DNA of 64,000 nucleotides from Balanoglossus misakiensis (taxonomy: Eukaryota > Animalia > Hemichordata): the NCBI GenBank assembly GCA_040954595.2, contig CM082594.2, positions 4,201,319 through 4,265,318 of the forward strand. Reading direction: 5' to 3'. Position numbers and translations under genes: made by a program. Shown here one piece after another: positions 39,401 through 52,700 of this stretch. Under the pieces are notes generated by a model, which had not been told where the DNA came from, searched no databases, and saw only the letters and a program-made list of their open reading frames with translations. The first letter of the stretch is position 1. The number at the start of each line of letters is the position of its first letter.

Positions 39401-42256
39401 TCGACAAAATACGACTAGATACTTAAGACTAAGACCCTTGCTGCTTCATTGTCTATGCATAAATGTGCGAGTAATCATAACAAGCAGATTATGTGTAGAA
39501 TAAATCAAAACATGAAATTAAAAGTATTAAAATTTAAAACCCACTTCGCATTTGAAGATGACGTGAGGTTACAAGCGGCCAGTGCGTCCGGAGACGACCA
39601 GGCTTCCACGGGGGTGCCACCCCAGCAGGTCTCAATCAAACCGATCGGATACTGCAAGTGGTCGTAGAGATTGCGGCCGTAAAACCAACAAGTGGCAGAG
39701 AAAAAGGTCCAGCTGCTGTCAGCTACAGTTTCTGCAAATGGACACAAACAGAAACAATCACAAAAGGCTGGACTACACTTTGGGTAGGACCAAATGATGA
39801 CCAATCACCTCTAATTTACATATGCCCATATATGGTTAAAGGCACCTGTGTAAGTTTTCTAATGACCCAGTGTGCAATAGTTTTATTCTTCACAAAGCCA
39901 AATATTGTAGAACATCATGAACAGATTTTGTCGAACCACATCTCTCTGTTTTGATCCAGCAACCTTTTTGTCAACATTAGAAAATGCAACTCGGTATGGG
40001 TGGATATATAATTAAAAGAATATTTATACATAAAAAGTATTGTTTGTTGATAGAGTTCTGATGACTACAGCCTAAGAGTCTTGAATAAATTCCTATCTTT
40101 CAAAGAGTATGGGGAGCATAAAAATCAACCATTACGGCCGCTGAGGGCGCTGTTTCATCCTTACTTGGTGATGGTACACTCCAGTATTCTTCAACTTCCT
40201 CCAAATCATACAACTCTTTCTTGCTTTCAACTTTGTCAGCGGTAAAGAGTCTGATGTTAGGATATTCACTGGCCATCAGCATTTCTTGAGATGCATTAAA
40301 ACTCTGAAAGGGTGAAAAAGATGAGCAAAATTTTGGAAAAAATCAATCTAAAGTGAAGTGGTTGTCGTGCCAAGTTTGTTTGTTTATAAACATCAGAATT
40401 CATCCACAAATCCCTGAAATTAGATAATTCTTAGAATGAAAAAAGCAGCCAACCATAGCGTTGACTGAGCATGACAGCAATTGAAGATCCTAGCAGGTCG
40501 TGGCGACGACTGCAGTGGGGTGTGCGCTGGTATGGGAGGACATATTCTCATCAAGGGGGACACACACGCGGCACGACGACCGCTTCCCTTTAAGTGATGG
40601 AGTTTAACCTAAGCCAAACTGAGTTGACAAGAAATAGTGAATAAAATCCAGTATAGTCACCTGGAAAACGGTGAACTCCATGTTGCTTTGACCACTGCAC
40701 AGCCACACATCACCAAAGAGTACATCCTGCAGTACGATTACTTCGGTTAAATTCTGCCTGCTTAGATGCTTGATTTGAATATCAAAGGGCCCACTTGGTG
40801 GCATTGGGTCCAGAGTGATTTGCCAAATCCAACCGTTGACTTTGTCTGGTCCTAGATACATCAAATGATACAAATGTCAGTTAATTTCTATCAGGGTTAC
40901 TCCCTGTAATATAGGGGCTGGTTTAGCCCTTTCCTCCCCGTTTTTATTTGTTGTGATCCAACTTTAGCACAGGAAACAATGGATTTGGACCAAAGCACGG
41001 TGGCGAAAGGGTATTAAACATTTTTAAAACTCAAGAAAACATTGCACGATAAATATGTCTATGATTATGCATCCCGAGTAACTTATGGTGCAGTACTGGT
41101 TAATTTGCATAAAAACACAATTGATTATGATAATTAGGTTTTTATGGTGTCCTCCAAATTAAAGCATACAAGCTGATACTCTTTTAATTGTTCTAGAGCA
41201 GACAGTGATTTTGCAAAATGATTTGTTTATAACGATTGTATAAGGATCCTACTGTGTATGTCACAGTTACTGTAAAACGGGAAATATTCGCGAATTATAA
41301 ATTTGGTCAAACTTCACAAGAGCCAGGAAAATACAAAAATAATTAGTCGGGAATTTTGAAAATGCTGTTGGTGAAAATAGAGAACACAAAAATTAAATGT
41401 AATGAAACAGTCCCTCTGTTGATATCCTGAAAATTTCTCATTGCGAAAATTTCCCGTTTTACAGTACTTATGACAAAGTACATGAAGTTCAAAATGATGC
41501 CACTCACCGGGGCTGGTTGTTGCAGTATAAACTTTCCCTTTCAGAGTCAGAGTGATTTGTCCATCTTCATCTCCGTAACCCCAGATACTCGCCTCAAACG
41601 GCTCCATCTGCAACACCATGTGGTTTCCATAGTAACTTGCCAGTCGGAAAGTTGGTTTTAGATAACCTTGAGTGAGATGAAGTACATGAAATAATACTTT
41701 GTCTGAAATTGAGAACTTTTATCGTATCCATGGCTTTATATGCGAGATAATGTGGCCGAAATTTTCATAAAAGTTTTCGACTTCTCGACCTTTGAACTTC
41801 TGAAGGCTATATAAAACTTAAAAGTTGTAAAAAAAACTGTCCAACATGCTTACACCCTTGACAAAATCAATTCACATTTCTTTTACCCTGAGGAGTCCCA
41901 AGCAATTATTTAAAGACAAGACATTGAATGACCACACCCACAACAGGCACCCGTACGCGTCTTCAGTTGCTGGACGTGACCTCAGATGTCCTGAGTTGAG
42001 ACGATGGGCGTGAACACTATACCAAGTAGTTATCCCCGCTGTGTTTGAAAGTGTTTCACCTTCAATGTTTCACGGAGCTAAGAAACGCAGCATAGATACC
42101 TAGTACTATACTAACCAGCAAACAGGAACCATATACATGATATACTGTTGAATTAAATGTATGTTCAAACTTACCACCATTCGACATTGACACACAAATT
42201 ACACATAATACAGAGAAGAGCACCTCGATATTGTACAACATCCTTATATTATACAT
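36459..42256 (-). CDS. SIAE: Sialate O-acetylesterase (SGNH/SASA family), about 10 exons
   Basis: Exons 42175-42256 (signal peptide), 41508-41666 (FRLASYYGNHMVLQ), ~40661-40850 (DVLFGDVWLCSGQSNM, catalytic Ser), ~40225-40302, ~39543-39730 (PIGLIETCWGGTPVEAWS), ~38939-39071 (LWNAMIHP...GAVWYQ), ~38465-38600 (GEAN...FPFGFVQ), ~37757-37915, ~37180-37375 (IHPRYKQDVGYRL), 36459-36728. Confidence 0.93.
38100..38293. mobile_element. Fold-back MITE with a 9-bp target site duplication (SIAE intron)
   Basis: Whole-length imperfect palindrome including an exact 17-bp arm TCTTGGCTGTTCTCTCG / CGAGAGAACAGCCAAGA; flanked by AGAATCCAC (38091-38099) and AGAATCTAC (38294-38302). Confidence 0.75.
38688..38893. 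mobile_element. MITE family A copy (SIAE intron)
   Basis: TACTGTAAAACGGGTTATTTTC...GAAAATACTTGTTTTACAGTA. Confidence 0.8.
39349..39431. mobile_element. 83-bp fold-back MITE, TAGTCT...AGACTA, with a perfect 9-bp target site duplication
   Basis: AGACCCTTG at 39340-39348 and at 39432-39440 flanks the inverted arms TAGTCTAGTATCTAG / CTAGATACTTAAGACTA. Confidence 0.8.
40923..41017. mobile_element. Short CCC...GGG, TTAA-type (piggyBac-like) MITE; several degenerate copies
   Basis: Shared end AACAATGGATTTGGACCAAA...GGTG..GAAAGGGTTAA also at ~26010-26051, ~24300-24342, ~54210-54253 and inverted at ~59461 and ~59600. Confidence 0.55.
41268..41466. mobile_element. MITE family A copy (SIAE intron)
   Basis: TACTGTAAAACGGGAAAT...ATTTCCCGTTTTACAGTA. 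Confidence 0.8.
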
Positions 42257-43091
42257 GCTCGGTCGACGTCTCCAAGCTTCCGCGTTGCAGATCGACTTTA
42301 AAGATTCTGATCGGCGTGAGAAAATCTGTATTTTCTCCGAGATCAAGGGGCGTATGCAACAACCGTCATGGGATAAACATGTGACTGTGACCACTAGTGT
42401 ATGCAACAGCTGGCATTGTCCACCATGTCAATTGTCATGTCATTGGTGGCAGCAGGTCACACGCGAGTAATTGCACTGTTGTGCGGACTTGACGGGAAAT
42501 TTACAACCTTCGGGTTGTGATTTATTATGTAGCTGATAGTGACCTCGGCTACGTTATGATAGCCGAAATTTATTAGCGAAATGGCAATATGCCTTTTCTC
42601 GAGAGTTTATGCATCTTAAACCCGCCAACACCAGTCTGCCAAGCTTGCAAGGGAGACTGTGGTTGAGATATAAACGACCTTGGCAAAAACAATCACAGCA
42701 GGGACTGGTCATTTTTTTCAGACATTTGGTTTGATGTCCGTATTTCCTTTCGTTTATGAAATATTTTCTCTATCGATACCATAATTATACAATACTAGTA
42801 TACCATTGGCATTCACTGGTAGATCATTTATTTTGCAATAAAAAGGCAAGAATGAACATGATACAAGTGTGTTCAACTTTAATCAAAGGGCTACTTCTTT
42901 ACCAATGTTGCCGTAGGTGGCAGCCTCCACAGCTCTCGGATCCGAAACTGAATCAAAATCTGATAATGTTATCAACGGCATACTTATGAAAGCTCGCTGG
43001 GGTACACAACTGCGTATTTGAAGACTTTTGGATTTGTAAACATTGTCGCGTGGTTTTTTCCTTCCGTTTGCATCCATTCTGGTTCACTGGC

Positions 43092-46000
43092 ATGGGATCG
43101 AGAAACACAAGTACCGACTCTACGATGAGTGGCGGCAGAGAGGAAGATACGGAGCAAAACGAACACGATTTAGCCACCGTTCTGGCCTACTTACTTCGCA
43201 GGTATGTCAGAGCTCAGACAATGCAATTATATCGCTTGATTATTTGCACATTCCGTGGCCAGATCGACTTTCCTGTAAGTGATGGTAGGGATGTGTGTTG
43301 CTGAGGAAACCAAGTGACAGCAATTCTGATCATTTCTGTGAGAAAGTCGAGTCACATTGCCGCAATGACGGCAATTCCCCATGCATGTACATGTCCATCA
43401 TAGTCGGACCCTAGGATCTATGACCTGTCCGTGTCCCCATTTTATTTTTGCTATTCATCACACTTCTCTGTTGATCGTGTTGATGACCCGTGTTGATAGG
43501 CAACCGCAACAGGACAGGGATTGTAAGACACTTCAAAACGAGTTATGGGAAATGCATTTGGTGTATTGTCCACATCAGTACTGAAAAAAACATGTAGCAT
43601 CATCCTCGGGATAGGGTTCAAAGGTCACAATCCCAATGCAGAAAAATGTGCAAGGTGTTTTGAATCTTCCATGTATCATTCACGCAGGATCGATATGATG
43701 TCAAATCCAATCAGATAAACTAATCGTACAAGGTAGTATATTATCAGGAGATCGACCCTAAACTGGCAGAATCCTTGTCAGAACGAATTCTGTGAACACT
43801 TTCAGAATTCTGCTGTTAACACTTTCAAAATCCCTCTTCGTTAGTGGTCAGATTCGTCTCACTCAGGCTGAAGATACAGGAGTTGAATTTCTGCAAACAG
43901 GCTCAGATAGCGATGAGGACTTCATAGAATGTAACCCAGAAGGTACGTTGTGCGTGTTATCTCCACCTCCATTAAAGTGTACTCTCTCTCTGTTCTCTTG
44001 TCTCCCTGGTAACCATGGTTACTGATTGATGGTGGTTTCCACGGTGACGTGTTGTTAGGGTCTTTTGCTCCACTTGTAAACAAATCTGCGGTGGCTGTGA
44101 CACGGACAGTGAAGGTATGTACCTGTCATGAAAATGCCAGCTACGAGATTTCTCTCTGTCCCAGCGTACATTGCATCAGAGGCAGGCCCACCCATCCATT
44201 TCAAATCCGCGCCTGCAGTGTGATGTACCGTAAATTCTTAAACATCAGTTCATTGTTATTATTGATCAAAAGTTAGATGCTCACCCTGAAAATGATAGAC
44301 TGAAATAACATGTATTGATTGATGACAGGATTTTACTGCAGTCATTAGATGTGGAGGTCATATACACTTTCTAGACTATGTTGAGGTTATTTTAATTCAT
44401 ATGTTCCTTGCAGTGAATTCTGCCATTGATGTTACTAAAGTATTTTTTTCTACACACACCCCTGTGTTTTTGCATAGCCACGAGTAATAATGATTGTTTA
44501 CTTTTTTTCAGTTGATTTGAATCCGGACACTAGCAAAATTAATGTAAGTTTATAAAAAAAAATACGTTCATATAAGTTGTGACAAAATGGCTACATGTGA
44601 ATATGGTTACAGAAACTTTGATTATATCTGTATATAGTTTAGAATCGAGCTGTTGTTTTCAGTGTTGGCCTACTGACATTTTTGATTTCTTATTTTCGTC
44701 CGAATCAGGAGAGCGAGATTGGACAGGAAATGCTAAAACAGCAATGCGGACAATGCTACAATGAAAAGAAGCCAGCGTGTTTTGTACCCAGTATGCTGCA
44801 GAAGGTAAGCAATGATTTGTCTGTTAGTTTTTTTCTTGGCGGAAGAAATTGTATGTTGATCCCAAGACTTGGCAGAAAACCTGATGCTTATCATGTATAA
44901 ACCCCTCAGGTCATTTTGATCCCTGACAAGTACACTGTTCTTCGGATAAAACACCGAGAAATCACATAATACATGTAGGGGTATGTACAGTACATGTACA
45001 TAGTAGTCGGGAATATTTTGTTTCTCAACCCCAGCACACACACAAGTCGATTTGAACCACTGCCTTCACATAAAGTTCTATCATCCTTGTGTTTTCACAG
45101 CGAGAAATTGGATGTCAAAGAAATGGCAGGTTTTCTATGTCTGATCGTTCAACGATTTCTGCATGGTAAGAGTCATACATGTACTCATTAACATAACTTC
45201 ACAAAAAATACTGGTAGTGGGAGTCTGCACACATAATTTGCAGCATTATATGTGTACAGGTCTCTTTGAATGCTAAAAGAAAGTCGTGTTTTCATTATCT
45301 GTTCAAAGAAAATTATAACACAGTGTTTCGCAAAGACATTGGTGGCCATTTTGATTTTCAATTATCGGTCAATTTGAGTTATGGGTGATGGGAAATTGCG
45401 ACCAAACCTACATTGACTTTCAATCGACTTTTATTCCAAACTGAGCCTCTGCTGTTGTATGTAATTGTTTCAGTTATCTGCCAAATAAGATGCGCACAGT
45501 CGCTCAGTATCAGCACAAAGCATTCTGTGGAGTCTACTCACAAACCGGAGACGTCTTCCTGTCCGCGTGTCAAGATCAGAATATCCGCTTGTACGACACC
45601 TCAAAGGGCCAGTTCCGGCTGTTCAAAACCATACGAGCCCGCGATGTTGGGTGGAGCATCTTAGATACAGCGTTCAGGTAGGTGGTGACCTATGACCCGG
45701 GTTGCTTCATTTTCCAATAGGTGGCTGGGTCACCAAGTCTTGGTGTGTCCGCTTCTATAAAACAATGTAAACTATCATGATGTTGGCAATTTTGAAGAAA
45801 CCTTTATCGTTTTGGGTTATAAACACATTGTCCTTGACACTATTTTTGTGATGATATGATCAGCTGTAAAATTTCATTGGTCCAGCAGGGACTAGTATTG
45901 ACAGTGCAGATGTGCTTTTTGTCAAGGTGGGAATGTTGTATGATTATGTGTTGTTTACTACCAGAAGACCTGATTTATTTTGTGATTTTCATTCCTACAA

Positions 46001-49000
46001 ATGTACATAAATCTCAACCTCAATTCTCTGTGTTCACGTAACTTATATGTTATATTATCTTTCAGTCCTGACGGCAATTACATCATTTACTCCAGCTGGT
46101 CTGACTGTAGTAAGTATATCAGATTGTTTCACTGTATATTCCTGGTTTAGTTTTCCAGCTATAGAGTCATTTGTAATGGTTAACACTTTACCACGTCTTG
46201 CTCTCATATCCTACAAACAAGATGGAAGTTGTGTGTGGTCGAACGTTGATTCATTATATATCCACATGTAGAATAACATAAATTGGTGTCTTGTATCAAA
46301 CATAATTAATGGAAAAAGGGCAGCGAGAGAGAGACTTTGTCCCTTTAAAGACAGATATTCTGGTCTCAGAGGTGTCCTTAATGGACAGGTTTCACTCTAC
46401 ATTCCTGGTTTGGTTTGCCAGCCTTAGAGTCATCTATAATGGTTAACACTCTACCACGTTCTCATTCTGCTCTTTTATATTTTACCTTTCAGTTCATCTC
46501 TGCAATGTCCATGGTGATCATGACGTCCACAACCCGCTGGATCTTAAACCTGGTGATTCACGATTCTGTGCGTTTTCTATTCAGTTTTCTAGCGACAATA
46601 AAGAAATCTTAGTCGGGTAAGTCTGTTCTCAACATCATGATCGAACAGATTCATATCTGTTGAGAAGTATCAACGACTGAACTCAAACAATCTAAGGAAA
46701 AATCAAAATGTATGCATGAAAACATGTAGTATTGAAATTGATGAGATTTTTTTTTTCAGAAAATAAGCCTACAGAAGTTTTTCCTGAAAAAGTTGTTTAT
46801 GGCTTATGTGAATTAATATTTAAACTAAGTAGGGATGGTGGTGTTTGCAATTTTGTGTCATAATGGTAATCTAATCTAGATTTCTCCACTGTCTATATCT
46901 TCAGTGCCAATGATGGTTGTCTGTACATCTTTGACAGAGAACGCAATGAAAGAACATTGAAGGTAAGTCTTGCAAAATCTCAGATTTATGAATGAATAGA
47001 ATTGCATGAATGATCTTTCTGACCCATATCTTTGAATACAGTATATACTACCTAAAATGATTCTTAACCCTTTGAACCTGGAAAGAAAACTTGTGAATGA
47101 CATCACAGGTCACCAGGGGGTCAGGGTGCAAAGGTTAATGTTTGTCCAGCAGGGACTGCATCATTCACAATGATTTGTTCTTCAAATAAGTCCATGCATT
47201 CCCACAGAAGTCACAAAAGACAGGTGACGATTTGACTTATAATTTTTTGTAGATCGATGCACATGAAGATGATATCAACGCTGTCACTTTTGCCGACAAT
47301 TCATCGCAAATCCTCTACTCGGGTGGTGATGATGGTCTTGTTAAAGTGTGGGACAGACGGACACTGCATGAGCAGTGCCCACAGGCAGTTGGCACATTTG
47401 CCGGTCACACGGACGGCATCACCTATATCGACTCGAAGGTAAATGAAGGGCATTTGGTATTTTTTATTTGATAAGCAATTGGCAATACAGTACTCCCTTT
47501 TATAAGCCTAGCTCCCTCACACACCCATCATGAATTTCACTTAAAGCGAGGCCATTTGGGAAAAGTTGACCAATCAAATCAAGGGTGTTTCCCCATTGGC
47601 CTCGCTTTGAGATCAAATTCATGATGGCTGTGTGAAGATGCTAGAAATACAAAAACAGTGTATATTCAGCATTTTGTCTCTTCTGTATTGAAATCCATAT
47701 GCACATTGTGATAACATTTTTCCTGTTTTTTCCCCACTACAGGGTGATAGCAAACACTTGATATCAAACTCCAAAGATCAAACCATCAAACTTTGGGACG
47801 TTCGGAAATTTTCCCCGGCCGATAGCGTAGAAGCGTGTCGGCGAGCCGTGGCCCAACAGCACTGGGATTACAGATGGCAGCAGGTACCCAGGAGATGTAA
47901 GTCGGATTAGTATGTGGTATTTATACAACCCGATCTGATCCATTGCTTGAATGAAGAATACTTCTTGCTTGGGTGGTTTCATCCATTTTGACAAAGTACG
48001 GAGTGTAGTCTGTTTCATATCTGTGAACAGTTCAGTTAGTCCACATTGCTATATGTAGACTGTAAAAAATGTAAACCCAGAAATAGTGCTGTAACTACAG
48101 ATATACATGTAGGGGTGAGAGATGGTTTGTTATTGGAAAGATCCTAAACATTTAGTGGTATGCATGCATGACCTTATTATTATGACATACCGGTACATCA
48201 TAAAGTTTGGATGTAATACCAATACTGTATGGTGACACTTTGAAGTGAAAAATCAGTATAATAAGGTTGCAGATTTCAGGTTATTAATTCATGGTGCCTT
48301 GTTATCTACAGCCAGGAGAAACACAGTGATTCCACATGAACCGTCGTTGATGACATACAGAGGTCACGGCGTCCTTCAGACCCTTGTCAGATGTCATTTC
48401 TCACCAGAATTCACCACAGGCCAAGTGAGTCGTACAATACAATACAATACAATACAGATAGATCACAAGTTCATTACTCAAGCCACCTATTTGCTGGCTG
48501 CCAACAGTGCACTCACTGGTATTTTACAGTGATTATCAAAACTTCGGTTTGGAAAGATTAGGCATGTGAAAAATTCAGAGGATCTGATGATCTTGAGAAA
48601 TGAATATACAGCAACTTTTATGTTGATTTTTTCCAGAGATACATATACACTGGATGTGCTACCGGAAGTGTCATAAGTGAGTATTATTAGAAAAATGTAT
48701 TTACATGTTCTATGCAAATACCTATCAAATAATAACAAAATTCGTACATTTTTAACTCAGACAAATTTCATTATGTAATGACTGATATCTAAAGATACCG
48801 TTACACAATCCTGGCCTTCAGAGATTTTTAAGCTCCCAAGGTTACTAGCTGGGCTGCCATATTAATGTGTAATCAACAGCTGATTAGATTTCAATCAAGT
48901 TTAGTGACCAGACACATGTGAAATGCAAGTCCCTGTTCACTTTGGGTCGATGTGGCTTTCATGATTGTGGCGATATCAAAGCTGAATTTTTTTAATGTCT

Positions 49001-49761
49001 TTGGTGTTTATGGAAGCCCATTGCATGAAGAATTGTGACAGTGTGAGGGTGCTAAATATAAATACCATTTTTCTTCCTGCAGTTTATGATGTTTTGACTG
49101 GCAAGAGGATAGCCAAGTTGAACGGCCAGACGGCGTGTGTGCGCGATGTGTCGTGGCATCCTTGCGAGAATTTCCTGATGAGTACATCGGTAAGTACAGT
49201 TGCACCAGGACCATGGTGTACATAAGTTACCGGTGTGTGAACCATATGTCTTGTCTGCTCTGTTAGCGCCCCCATGTGGTGACACTTGCAGCAGCTGTGA
49301 GTGGACTGATAGTAATACATTGTGAACAGGTCGATAAATGTAGAATTTGAACAGACTGCAGTACACAAATGCAGGTGTATTAAAATAAACAAAACGTGCA
49401 CATTCTTATGTTTTCATTCACCCATGTGTATTTTGCTGTTACTGCTGTCATGTGACCCACTTTTCATATTATGACTAAACAGTGGTTGCAACACAACTTA
49501 GTTCAAGTTATAAGACAAAGAAACTGGGTTCAATGTTTTGGAGATGTAAGATTAAATCAAACTCACCAACTTCTGTTTCTGCATGGCCTGTTTGAATTGC
49601 AGTGGGATGGTTCCGTGGGCAGATGGGAATACTCCCGGAAGAGAACAAACCGATTGAAAGAAGATGATGAAGAACCGGATGATGCAGACGACGAGAACAT
49701 GGAGGAAATTGAGATGGTACTCAACTATCGTCCGAGGCGAAGAGTCTTCGTTGACCTCTAA
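43092..49761 (+). CDS. DCAF11: DDB1- and CUL4-associated factor 11 (WDR23), WD40 substrate receptor, about 15 exons
   Basis: MGSRNTS...DLATVLAYLLRSGQIRL, KAFCGVYSQ...FLSACQDQNIRLYD...ARDVGWSILD, DAHEDDINAV...DDGLVKVWDRR, SNSKDQTIKLWDVRK, WDYRWQ, TYRGHGVLQTLVRCHFSP, CVRDVSWHP. Exons run from 43092-43201 to 49603-49761 and include short exons 44512-44543 and ~46065-46087. Confidence 0.93.
47509..47643. repeat. Fold-back (inverted) repeat of about 135 bp in a DCAF11 intron
   Basis: CACACACCCATCATGAATTT...AAAGCGAGGCCA pairs with TGGCCTCGCTTT...AAATTCATGATGGCTGTGTG; no clear target site duplication. Confidence 0.7.
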
Positions 49762-52700
49762 TACACCCTAGAATGTGGTCATAATAAAACAAAAAACGAT
49801 ACCTCAACAAAAATGAAGTATGCAGTGACATTTACTACGCAATAAAATGAACACAGTGGTCATTTACATTGTAGTCCTTGACAAAAATAGACTTAACACA
49901 GCGAGTGTTTTTAATCACTTTTAGACCCACCGTCACATGGTTGCAGTTGTATGAACTCTTGCAGTGAAAGTCACCAGTGGTTTTGGTGCCATGTAATGAA
50001 GAAGTTCAATGGGAAAGCTTTTTTTTCTGCGGGCAAACTATGCAGGTCTAGTTCTCGCCATTGAGGGCGTAGCATCTACTACCACCATGCCCGGTGAATT
50101 GAAACGGAAATCACCATACAGGTTTGTTTAGGCAAATGACGATAAGTTGACCTGTACTTTCCTCTGTGTGTGACTCCATATTGCAGCTGGTCCACCTCCA
50201 CGTGAACCTAGAAGAGATTAAAGAAACTGTTTTTCTACAAGTTGGCTGTAAAGGGATATATTTCTTGGTCGGGTAAATTGTACTCATGAACTTGAATGAG
50301 GATGGGGTAGAGGGGTATACAAGACACTGTCTTACAGTGTGTGCTTGTTCAAACGAACAGCTATATGCTGATGCAAGAGAAATCTATCGAACTCTCAACA
50401 CATTTTTGTGTGTAACTTTTTTTATATTGGTAATAGAGCATGAATATCCTTTAATACCAAACACGTATTAAATCACAGAAATGAAGCATTTTTTGGAATA
50501 ATCAAAACCCACCATATTATGTCTACGGTCTAGTGGTGGAACGGAAAGCTGTTGCATAGAATTATTAACCTACCATCAACAGTGGACTGCCATCTTGCAA
50601 GACATTCGTGTTTGTGTTAAAAGTATTTCCCACGTGTTTGTTTAGAAAGTTTTCCCCCGCATTTGATTTGCTGTAGTGGATTTTCAAGCGTGTACCTTCT
50701 GTTAAACTGAGTGGGGTTGAACTCAATACATCAGAGAGATGCACTGAATTCTGGTTTTAACTAGGCGTATAGACCGTTTGGTTTTATTTTTTTCGAGTGA
50801 AAATATCACATTATTTTCTTAGTTCTGTCTGCTTATGGTGTTTCTTAGTCTTCCTTCTAATAAATGCTTGAACTGCAACTTTGTTTTTTGTGACAATGTC
50901 AATCTGCAGAAACATAATTTTTCTGTAGCTTTTGATTCTGTGGAACGGAGTTGTGGAATTTCACTGGCCAGTAAAAATGCGACTAAAATTTCTCATTGAG
51001 GAAATTGTTTTTTCTTCCTGGCTCGATTGTTTTTCTTCGCCAGAGGGAAGCATGTGATGGCTTATAATCCTGCTTGCAAATGGGGTGGAAACCCAGCCCA
51101 CTTCTGGACTTTTCTCCAAGATACCCGTTTTTGGGTAGCATATGCTTGTATTATTCAAACTCTGTGAGTGCCCTTCTCAACGGAGCAGTGTTTGGGTTTT
51201 TGTAGTGTTATGTATGTGTAACTGTAATACCGATATCATTAAACGGAAATATATGCCTTTAAATCTTTAAGTATCTTAAAGTATTTTTGTGTGTTTGTGT
51301 GTACATGTACTTACTTTGTGTGCTTGCCGACGCTAGTCAAAAATACCATGATGTAGCCACGTGTTCTTGCAAGTTTTCTCGTGAAATTTCTTCAGCACAT
51401 ACCAGTACCTGAAAAACTAACTTAATTTGCATATTAGCACAATGAACATCTGTGTTATATATAGATTATCATCACCAATAACTTGAATAAGACATGCCAA
51501 CATTGTGTCCAAAATAGAGGTATTTATTACACATCAAATGAATACACATCTCTTCATATACAATTTTTATATTTTAAAATCACAGAAAATCTCTTTGGTA
51601 TAATTCTCATAAGGCAACATCTTGAACCAAGTACATGTACACTCTTGTTTCATTGTGACATGTTTTTTGTACATTATGGCAATAGAATGTGGTTTATTTC
51701 CAAGCACGGCAAGTTTAACGTTGGAATGAAATGATATCGACTCCACTTTTAGTTTAAATGGTTCCACTCGAGTATTGTAAAGAAAGATAAAAGTTGAAAA
51801 TCTGGTTTATTCTACATGTACCTTATACCACACACACAGATTTGGCTGAAAGACTGAAGATATGTTTTCGACAAATCCCAACTTGGCTGGTAGGCTGGTA
51901 TGTCTTGCTACCCGACAATGCAAAATAAAACACAGAAAAAGGTTGGAGGACTGAAATGGAATGAAATAGGTCAGAATAGGTCTGAGCAATGAAGGCAGAT
52001 CTGAGCAATGAACTGCATGTGAAAGTTTTAGAATTACCATCCCATGTCACTCCATGTCATCTCTCGATGTCTTCTGCAATGAATTGCCATGAAGTGTGGC
52101 TACAACACGACTCGAAACACCATCACTTGTAAGAGTGCACGCGATGCACTATTCAGGTTTACAATGCCTGTCTCAAAGTTGCATGGTATGACCTGATTAT
52201 GCAAAGGTGATAGCATTCACATGGTTGAACAACTCAGCAGATGGGTGACAGATACCAGATCCACATGAAACTGCTGGAAATGACGACTTTTAAGATGGAA
52301 TGATGGACATATGAATTGAAATATGGGATTAAGATTCGAACTGATCAGCTCATAAAAAGTGATTCCTATCAAACAGTTATTAGTATCACACTTGAAAATG
52401 TGAGATCAAGATTTTACCAACAGCTAAATAATAAAAAAAGTGACACTGTAATAAAATTTACTTCAAAAGTCTCACACATGGAGGAATTTGGAAATCTAAA
52501 CATTACACAACTATCTCTAAAGACTAAAGAAAATTGATTATTTACATGTAAACTTCAATTTTGTCTTTTTGGTACGTTTTCGGTGAAACTCTTTCATCAC
52601 GACAACAGATCCTTTGTCTACATTCTACACTGTGCCAATTGGACATGATTCTGCTCATCAAATTAGCCTGTGTGTTTGTGTAACAATCACAGTTATTGAC

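Noticed and set aside
45848-45973. Possible C/D-box snoRNA (GTGATGA...CTGA) in a DCAF11 intron
   Set aside because: No terminal stem and no recognisable rRNA antisense element; the motifs are expected by chance.
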